Source: an uncultured Bacillota bacterium | GTDB lineage: Bacteria; Bacillota; Clostridia; Lachnospirales; CAG-274 | Assembly (NCBI GenBank): GCA_965120415.1 | Contig: CBCPNA010000008.1 | Location: 25,881-49,880, forward strand | Reading direction: 5' to 3' | DNA: 24,000 nucleotides | Shown: piece by piece, positions 18,150 through 24,000 of the stretch | How the letters are laid out: each line of letters starts with the position of its first letter | How positions within the stretch are numbered: position 1 is the first letter of the stretch | Made by a program: the position numbers and the translations under genes | The notes under the pieces: generated by a model | What the model was told of the DNA's origin: nothing | Database searches by the model: none | Seen by the model: the letters and a program-made list of their open reading frames with translations, nothing else

Positions 18150-18264
18150 ATGCAAAAGTATATTAAGAAGTAATAAAAAAAGTTATAAGTGAAAGCTTGT
18201 ATAAAAGTATATAAAAAGGTATAGTAAAAATTAACTATTTTTTAAATCAACCTTAATATATAAC

Positions 18265-18297
18265 AAAAAAGACTATCTTTTGTTAGATAGTCTTTTT
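18265..18297. terminator. Bidirectional hairpin terminator (serves lysS on the minus strand)
   Basis: A perfect 10-bp stem AAGACTATCT / AGATAGTCTT with a 6-nt loop, extendable by A-T pairs. An A-run and a T-run flank it, so a U-tract follows the hairpin on either strand. It lies 6 nt beyond the lysS stop. Confidence 0.7.
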
Positions 18298-18302
18298 ATA
18301 AA

Positions 18303-19778
18303 TTAATTTAAAGGTTTCATAGTAGGGAATAATAAAACATCTCTAATAGAAGAAGAATCTGTAAAAAGCATAACCAGCCGGTCAAGCCCCATACCAAGCC
18401 CACCTGTAGGGGGCATACCGTATTCTAAAGCTAAAAGAAAATCTTCATCTAGCATATTTGCCTCATCGTTGCCAGCAGTTCTTAGCTTTTCTTGCTGAAT
18501 AAACCTTTCTCGCTGGTCTATAGGGTCGTTTAATTCTGAATAGGCGTTAGCAAATTCACGCCCAACTATAAATAGCTCAAATCTTTCTGTATATTCAGGG
18601 TTAGATGCTTTTCTTTTAGAAAGGGGAGAAATATCTACAGGATGGTCTATTAAAAATGTAGGCTGGATTAAATTTTCTTCTACAAATTGTTCAAAAAATA
18701 AATTTAATATATCGCCTTTTTGATGGTGGTTTTCAAAAGTTATATTATGCTTTTTAGCAACTTCTCTTGCTTCTTCTAAAGTGCTTATTTTGCTAAAATC
18801 TACCCCCGCATATTTTTTAACAGCATCTAACATAGATATCTTTTCAAAAGGTTTAGAAAAGTCTATTTCTGTTCCTTGATATGTTATTTTTAAAGTGTTT
18901 AAAACATCTTTTGCAACAGTTTTTATTAGCTCTTCCGTAAGCTCCATCATATCATTATAATCAGCGTATGCTTTATAAAGCTCCATTAATGTGAATTCTG
19001 GGTTATGCTTAATGCTCATACCTTCATTTCTAAATACACGCCCTATTTCATAAACGCTTTCAAAGCCACCTACAATAAGCCTTTTAAGCGGTAATTCTAA
19101 AGCTATACGCATATAAAGCCCTAAATTTAAAGTGTTATGATGAGTAACGAAAGGCTTAGCATGCGCCCCACCGTATATAGTCTGTAAGATAGGTGTTTCT
19201 ACCTCTAAAAAGTTTTTATTATCTAAAAAATTTCTTATAGATTTTATTATTTGAGAACGCTTTAAAAATACGTCTTTAACCTCTGGGTTTACTATTAAAT
19301 CTAAATAGCGTCTTCTGTATCTAATGTCTTGGTCTTTTAAACCGTGAAATTTTTCAGGTAATATTTGCAAGCTTTTGGATAAAAGGGTTATGCTATTTGC
19401 CCTAACAGATATTTCATCTTTTTGTGTTTTAAAAACAGTACCAAAAATGGAAACAATATCGCCTATATCAAGCTTTTTAAATTCATTATAAGCATCTTCC
19501 CCTAGCTCATTTTTACTAACATAGCATTGTATTTTGCCTTCTTTATCTTGTATATCGCAAAAAGATGCTTTGCCCATAACACGTCTTGTCATAATACGAC
19601 CGGCTATATATACCTCTTGCTCTTCAAAGCTTTCAAAATTATTCTTTATTTGCATACTGCTATTTAAAACTTTAGCTTTTGTAATTTCGAAAGGGTCATT
19701 ATTATTTTGCTTAAGCTCTTTTAGCTTATCTATCCTTATTTTGATAAGTTCATTAATATTTTCATTATCATTTGACAT
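18303..19778 (-). CDS. lysS: Lysine--tRNA ligase (class II)
   Basis: The 491-aa ORF has an N-terminal OB anticodon-binding region and class II motifs ([29 protein letters not shown]). Confidence 0.93.
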   Translation of the reverse strand: MSNDNENINELIKIRIDKLKELKQNNNDPFEITKAKVLNSSMQIKNNFESFEEQEVYIAGRIMTRRVMGKASFCDIQDKEGKIQCYVSKNELGEDAYNEFKKLDIGDIVSIFGTVFKTQKDEISVRANSITLLSKSLQILPEKFHGLKDQDIRYRRRYLDLIVNPEVKDVFLKRSQIIKSIRNFLDNKNFLEVETPILQTIYGGAHAKPFVTHHNTLNLGLYMRIALELPLKRLIVGGFESVYEIGRVFRNEGMSIKHNPEFTLMELYKAYADYNDMMELTEELIKTVAKDVLNTLKITYQGTEIDFSKPFEKISMLDAVKKYAGVDFSKISTLEEAREVAKKHNITFENHHQKGDILNLFFEQFVEENLIQPTFLIDHPVDISPLSKRKASNPEYTERFELFIVGREFANAYSELNDPIDQRERFIQQEKLRTAGNDEANMLDEDFLLALEYGMPPTGGLGMGLDRLVMLFTDSSSIRDVLLFPTMKPLN

Positions 19779-19789
19779 ATTTATAGCTC

Positions 19790-20263
19790 CTAACTTATTT
19801 CTAAAATTTTAAAACTTAATATACCCTCTGGAGTTTCAACAGAAACAGTATCGCCAACTTTATGCCCAAGTATCGAAGCACCTATAGGAGATTCATTAGA
19901 AATTTTGCCGTTAAAAGGGTCGGCCTCTGCTGAACCAACTATTGTATATTCTATTTCTTCGTTAAATTCATTATCAAAAAGCTTTATTTTATTACCTATA
20001 TTAACAGTGTCTGAATCTAAAGAAGATTCTATAATTTCAGCATTTCTTAACATATTTTCTATAGCTATTATGCGTGCCTCTATTTCTGCTTGTTCTTCTT
20101 TAGCGGCATCATATTCAGCATTTTCAGAAAGGTCGCCTTGCCCTCTTGCCTCTTTTATCTTGGCAGCGACATCCTTTCTTCTAACAACTTTAAGCTCTTG
20201 TAATTCATCTTCTAAATTTTGAAGTCCTTCTTGTGTTAAAATGATTTTTTTACCTTCATTCAT
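19790..20263 (-). CDS. greA: Transcription elongation factor GreA
   Basis: The 157-aa ORF has a coiled-coil N-terminus with [16 protein letters not shown] and a C-terminal FKBP-like domain ([18 protein letters not shown]). Confidence 0.92.
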   Translation of the reverse strand: MNEGKKIILTQEGLQNLEDELQELKVVRRKDVAAKIKEARGQGDLSENAEYDAAKEEQAEIEARIIAIENMLRNAEIIESSLDSDTVNIGNKIKLFDNEFNEEIEYTIVGSAEADPFNGKISNESPIGASILGHKVGDTVSVETPEGILSFKILEIS

Positions 20264-20303
20264 TTATAAAGACACCCCTTAAATTAATTATCACATTCTT
20301 AAC

Positions 20304-20332
20304 ATTATAAAGCAAGTAAAAAATGTTGTCAA
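20304..20332 (-). promoter_or_regulatory. Consensus sigma-A promoter for greA-lysS
   Basis: On the minus strand: TTGACA (20332..20327), exactly 17 nt, TATAAT (20309..20304). Both hexamers match consensus perfectly. It lies about 40 nt upstream of the greA ATG. Confidence 0.75.
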
Positions 20333-20393
20333 GATTTAATAATCATTTTTTTATATAAATTTGTAAAATTATAAATATTTTTAAATTTAAAAT

Positions 20394-20422
20394 TTGATTA
20401 TAAATAAAACTTATGCTATAAT
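20394..20422 (+). promoter_or_regulatory. Sigma-A promoter for the vanZ-like gene
   Basis: -35 TTGATT (20394-20399), 17-nt spacer, extended -10 TGcTATAAT (20414-20422). It lies about 35 nt upstream of ATG 20458. Confidence 0.6.
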
Positions 20423-20457
20423 TATAAAACTATATATTATAACAGGAGTATATTTTA

Positions 20458-20913
20458 ATGAATAAAAATAATTTGCTTAAAACAGTATTTTACATATATA
20501 TTTTATTTTTAACTTTACTGCTTTTAACAAAATTTTCTTTATCTTATATTTACAATATAAGAACCACCCTAAAATTTTATATAAAAAGCCAAGGGATTAT
20601 TTATTACCGTTATAACATAATCCCCTTTAGGACTATATTAAGCCAATTAAATCAATTAAATATTTATAATCTAGCAGGCAATATATTAATATTTATACCT
20701 TTTGGCTTTTTGCTAAAATATATTTATAATATAAAGCTTATATTTTTTATATTTATAACATTTTTATATATCTTTTTTATAGAAATTATGCAACATATAT
20801 TTTTAATAGGCTTTTTTGATATAGATGATTTTATATTAAATCTTTTTGGTAGCTTAATAGGCTATTTTTTAGCCAAAATTTTTTTATTTAAAACAAAGGC
20901 TAGTAAAAGATAA
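20458..20913 (+). CDS. VanZ-like family membrane protein
   Basis: The 151-aa ORF has 4 predicted TM segments and a VanZ-like motif (GNILIFIPFGFLL, then EIMQHIF...DIDDFILNLFGSLIGY). GGAG lies upstream. Confidence 0.65.
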   Translation: MNKNNLLKTVFYIYILFLTLLLLTKFSLSYIYNIRTTLKFYIKSQGIIYYRYNIIPFRTILSQLNQLNIYNLAGNILIFIPFGFLLKYIYNIKLIFFIFITFLYIFFIEIMQHIFLIGFFDIDDFILNLFGSLIGYFLAKIFLFKTKASKR

Positions 20914-21369
20914 AATTATAGATATTAATAAATCAAAAATCAATATTTTATAATAAAATGCTTTAAAGGTTTTAGTATCTTTTTTCTTATTATATTCTAT
21001 AGCTTTAATACAAATAAATATGTAAAAAGGTATATATATAAAAGCTTGTGGTAAATATGTTAAAATAATTAAAAAACCTTTAGTATTAAATATTTTTAAA
21101 ATAATGCTTGTGGTAAAGCCAAAACAAAAGCCTTTTATGAATGTTAATAATAAAATAAATAAACTTCCTATGTTAACAAATGCTAAAAACCATATTATCA
21201 AAAAATAAATCAAATTTTTCAAAATTAATTCTGAATAGCTTACCGTATTTTTTAAAATATTTTCATCCAAAATTTCTGTAATATTTAAGCTATTATTATA
21301 AAATAAAAATAAACTACCTATCAAACTCCCAAAAAGCATAATAAAAAGTAAATATTTTGTATTTTTCAT
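20884..21369 (-). CDS. spoIIM: Stage II sporulation protein M
   Basis: The multi-TM protein aligns by eye to B. subtilis SpoIIM: NIGSLFILLLTFIKGFCFGFTTSIIL...TKGFLIILTYLPQAFIYIPFYIF versus [25 protein letters not shown]...YKGLLLSFVSVLPQNLFIIPAYII. I moved the start to ATG 21369 (GAGGG 6 nt upstream). The TTG at 21375 is less likely. Confidence 0.75.
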   Translation of the reverse strand: MKNTKYLLFIMLFGSLIGSLFLFYNNSLNITEILDENILKNTVSYSELILKNLIYFLIIWFLAFVNIGSLFILLLTFIKGFCFGFTTSIILKIFNTKGFLIILTYLPQAFIYIPFYIFICIKAIEYNKKKDTKTFKAFYYKILIFDLLISIILSFTSLCFK

Positions 21370-21385
21370 AATCAACCCTCTTTAT

Positions 21386-22450
21386 TTAGCTAAAAACAAC
21401 ATCATTTATAAGGTCAGCAAGTAAATCCATAGCGTTATATATTTCTTCTTTAGTATTAGTTTGAGCCCCAGCTTCAATAAGCATAGAAAGGGGTTTCATA
21501 TGTAAGCTATATCTGTAGGCGTTTATATATATTTTTCTTGTAAAGCCTTCGTATTTTTCCATTGCTCTTTTTTGCATTTTAAAGCTTAACGCTAAATTTT
21601 GCTTAATATATGGGTTTTCTAAATAGTCGATATCTTTTAATTCACCGTCTTCATTTATCCTTGATATACCATTAAAAAACATTATTTTGGCTGTCGGTTT
21701 ACCGTTTATTGTTTCTACAAGATGTGTATCTTCAGAAACGCCGTCCCTATGCAAATCTATAACGAGCTCTATAGAAGGGTTTTCTTCCAATATTTTTCGT
21801 ATTACCGGCTCCATCCTTTCATAAGCTCCGGTTATTTGGTTTTTTCCGTCAACAACATCAAATGTGTCTACATAATGTATTGTTTTAATACCGTAAACTT
21901 CTTCTAGCGTTTGGGCAAGTCTAGCTCCAGCCCCAACTATACCTTCATATATATCATTTTTATCGCTATCGATAAACATTTCTTGAGAATGTGTATGAAA
22001 AATTAAAACTTTTGGCTCATCGCCATCTTTGTCCACTTTTACAGAAGTATTTAAAAAATCATTGACATTAAAATAATCGCTACTAAGACCTGTTTTGCTA
22101 TCAACTGTATAAAATGTTTGCTTTAAATAATCTAAATCAGTTAGTTTATTAATATCTATATCGCTTGAAAAGCTTTCATCAGTATTTATTTCTGTATTTG
22201 TATCTTCTTCATATGATATATCATAAAGCCCCAAAACTTCTGTGCTAGTTTTTTCGTCTTCATCTTCTGCTTTTGCTATTAAATCTTTATTAAAGCTTGT
22301 TTCTATTTTATAATTAGGTATAATATCATATAAAATTATTTGCGCAAAAGTTGTTTCATTTATTTTTGGTAAAAATATAAATAAAATAATAAAAGCTAAA
22401 ATTATACCAAAACTTATTTTTTCACATATCTTTTCAAATTTATTTTTTAT
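21386..22450 (-). CDS. spoIIP: Stage II sporulation protein P (engulfment amidase/endopeptidase), apparently with a non-canonical start codon
   Basis: SpoIIP motifs are present (VLIFHTHSQEMF, DLHRDG, LIEAGAQTNT). The frame stays open upstream of the track's TTG (22234) as far as the GGAGGAGG site at 22465..22458. That extension encodes the expected N-terminal anchor IKNKFEKICEKISFGIILAFIILFIFLPK. The only in-frame candidate starts after the Shine-Dalgarno sequence are ATT (22453) and ATA (22450). A conventional caller would report 21386..22234. Confidence 0.75.
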   Translation of the reverse strand: MKNKFEKICEKISFGIILAFIILFIFLPKINETTFAQIILYDIIPNYKIETSFNKDLIAKAEDEDEKTSTEVLGLYDISYEEDTNTEINTDESFSSDIDINKLTDLDYLKQTFYTVDSKTGLSSDYFNVNDFLNTSVKVDKDGDEPKVLIFHTHSQEMFIDSDKNDIYEGIVGAGARLAQTLEEVYGIKTIHYVDTFDVVDGKNQITGAYERMEPVIRKILEENPSIELVIDLHRDGVSEDTHLVETINGKPTAKIMFFNGISRINEDGELKDIDYLENPYIKQNLALSFKMQKRAMEKYEGFTRKIYINAYRYSLHMKPLSMLIEAGAQTNTKEEIYNAMDLLADLINDVVFS

Positions 22451-22616
22451 AATAAATCCTCCTCCATTGTATAAATATATTATAATATATTCAAAAAAAT
22501 AAATAAAATAACTACTTGTTATAATTATGTAAATATATAAAAGATTAATAAACTATTATATAAAAAACTAAATAATTATATGTATAAAATAAAAAATATT
22601 TTTAATGTAAAAAAGC

Positions 22617-22645
22617 TTGACATAATTTTACAAGTATGATAAAAT
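22617..22645 (+). promoter_or_regulatory. Sigma-A promoter upstream of the LRR protein gene
   Basis: -35 TTGACA (22617-22622), 17-nt spacer, extended -10 TGaTAAAAT (22637-22645). It implies a leader of about 180 nt before ATG 22830. Confidence 0.55.
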
Positions 22646-22829
22646 AGCATAAATATCAAGGTAAAAAGGGTATTTTTATTATAAAATTAGCAGGTATAAT
22701 ATTTAATTATAAAATTTCTTTTTTAGCTAGATTTAGTCTATAAAAATGGTTAATATATGTAATTATATTTGCTTAATTTTAAAATAATGGGGTTACATCT
22801 TTTAATGCATTTAATGAGGGGGAGTTTTT

Positions 22830-23897
22830 ATGAAAAAAAAGAAAAAGAATGTAAAAGTTAAAAAATCACTTTCTTTAGGGCTTATGGCGACAGCTGCTGT
22901 TGCAAGCTCTAGCGCAGCTACTAGTACAGTAGCTATGGCTAGCACATTAGAAAGCACAGCCGATACTTCTGTAAGTGTTGAGGCTGAAGCAGTAAGCTTA
23001 GATGCTCAAAATGAACAGACAGATGCTCTAGAGCAGGTTAAGGCTCAAGAAGAAAGCCAGCAAGAAATACAAGAAGAAAGCACAGATATTGAAATTGCTG
23101 TAGTGGATATTACGCCTTATATCACTGTAGATTCTAGAGGTTTTATTACAGAATTTAAAGAATCTGCTAAACAAGAAGTAGAAGGTAAAGCTATTTTAAT
23201 ACCAGCTGAAAAAGACGGAATAGTAATAACTGGTATTGCAGATGGTGCATGGAATAAATCAGTCTTTATGGAAATGGGCATGACTGAAGTATATTTTGAA
23301 GAAGGTAGTCAGCTTAAAACTATAGGTAAGTACGCCTTTAAAGGTTGCGAAGAATTGACTAATATAGTACTTCCAGACACTGTAACAAGCATAGGCAACA
23401 GCGCCTTTAAACAATGTGAAAGTCTATCAAATATAGAATTATCTAATAGCTTAATAACTATAGGGGGCAGTGCTTTTTTCGGTTGTTCAAGCCTTACTGA
23501 AGTTACGGTGCCAAAATCTGTAACATCTATAGGAGAATCTGCTTTTGCTTATTGTACAAATCTTGTTAATATATCTCTTCCAACTGGGCTTACAAAAATA
23601 AATGAAGGCACATTTAGTAATTGCGTTAGTCTAGAAAGTATAGTCTTGCCTTATGGGGTAGAAAGTATAGAAAGTGGAGCATTTGTACAATGCAGTAGCC
23701 TTAGCCATATAGAATTGCCAAGTACTTTAAATAAAATGATAGATGCAGATATAGTTATCTTCTATGGTTGTGATAGTTTAACAAGCATATATGTTGATAA
23801 CTATGAAGATAGTATATCAAGAAATTTAAAATTTGAATTAAAAAGTATAGAAGGTAGTGGAGATGTTACAATATATTATAAAGGTGATGTTTTTTAA
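22830..23897 (+). CDS. Secreted leucine-rich-repeat protein (BspA-type LRR)
   Basis: The 355-aa ORF has GGGGGAG upstream and a Lys-rich signal peptide (MKKKKKNVKVKKSLSLGLMATAAVASSSA), followed by an acidic linker. There are at least 6 tandem repeats of about 23 aa, of the form xxIGxxAFxxCxxLxxIxLPxxV (for example VTSIGNSAFKQCESLSNIELSNSL and VTSIGESAFAYCTNLVNISLPTGL). I see no LPXTG or other anchor. Confidence 0.75.
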   Translation: MKKKKKNVKVKKSLSLGLMATAAVASSSAATSTVAMASTLESTADTSVSVEAEAVSLDAQNEQTDALEQVKAQEESQQEIQEESTDIEIAVVDITPYITVDSRGFITEFKESAKQEVEGKAILIPAEKDGIVITGIADGAWNKSVFMEMGMTEVYFEEGSQLKTIGKYAFKGCEELTNIVLPDTVTSIGNSAFKQCESLSNIELSNSLITIGGSAFFGCSSLTEVTVPKSVTSIGESAFAYCTNLVNISLPTGLTKINEGTFSNCVSLESIVLPYGVESIESGAFVQCSSLSHIELPSTLNKMIDADIVIFYGCDSLTSIYVDNYEDSISRNLKFELKSIEGSGDVTIYYKGDVF

Positions 23898-23922
23898 TTG
23901 TATAATAAATTATTTTTTCCAT

Positions 23923-23965
23923 AAAACTGCTTATGATACTATTTTATATCTATAGCAGTTTTTTT
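23923..23965 (+). terminator. Rho-independent terminator after the LRR gene
   Basis: A 9-bp stem AAAACTGCT / AGCAGTTTT encloses a 22-nt loop with some internal pairing (GATA/TATC). A T7 run follows, partly within the stem. Confidence 0.5.
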
Positions 23966-24000
23966 ATTATAATTAAAATATTTGTTGACTTTATTATATA

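Noticed and set aside
22466-22620. A sigma-E type sporulation promoter upstream of spoIIP
   Set aside because: The only CATACA-like element (TATACAAT) abuts the Shine-Dalgarno, so it cannot produce a translatable mRNA. Other matches are indistinguishable from the AT-rich background.

Overview
This is an AT-rich, tightly packed chromosomal segment from a low-GC, endospore-forming Firmicute (Clostridia-like). All homology calls were made by eye from motifs, without database searches. Content in window order:
- A peptide ABC importer on the minus strand, transcribed oppA-B-C-D-F, with oppF cut by the window start.
- yhbY and obg, preceded in the same orientation by two uncharacterised membrane proteins and a tRNA-Thr(GGU) that has its own promoter.
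- feoA-feoB.
- The conserved block ispF-cysS-mrnC-rlmB-yacP.
- A three-gene envelope operon with its own promoter and terminator: a small membrane protein, a secreted TolC-like fusion protein and a small Cys-rich protein.
- greA-lysS (minus strand).
- A VanZ-like gene.
- spoIIP-spoIIM.
- A BspA-type leucine-rich-repeat secreted protein.

I see no CRISPR array, transposase or integrase, phage genes, toxin-antitoxin pair or recognisable defence module. I do not find a convincing discrete novel multi-gene system.

The most noteworthy observations:
1. Three conserved genes carry lesions or irregularities. feoB is split by a frameshift at an A5 run. yacP/rae1 has an in-frame TAG at a Trp position I recall as conserved. 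spoIIP has a strong ribosome-binding site and an in-frame membrane anchor but no canonical start codon.
2. The uncharacterised operon at 15.8-18.1 kb sits where sigH would be expected. It includes a TolC/OEP-like protein fused to a copper-amine-oxidase-N-like domain, and an 8-Cys small protein.
3. Two unknown membrane proteins and a tRNA lie directly upstream of obg.

Several near-consensus sigma-A promoters and hairpin terminators can be read directly from the sequence.
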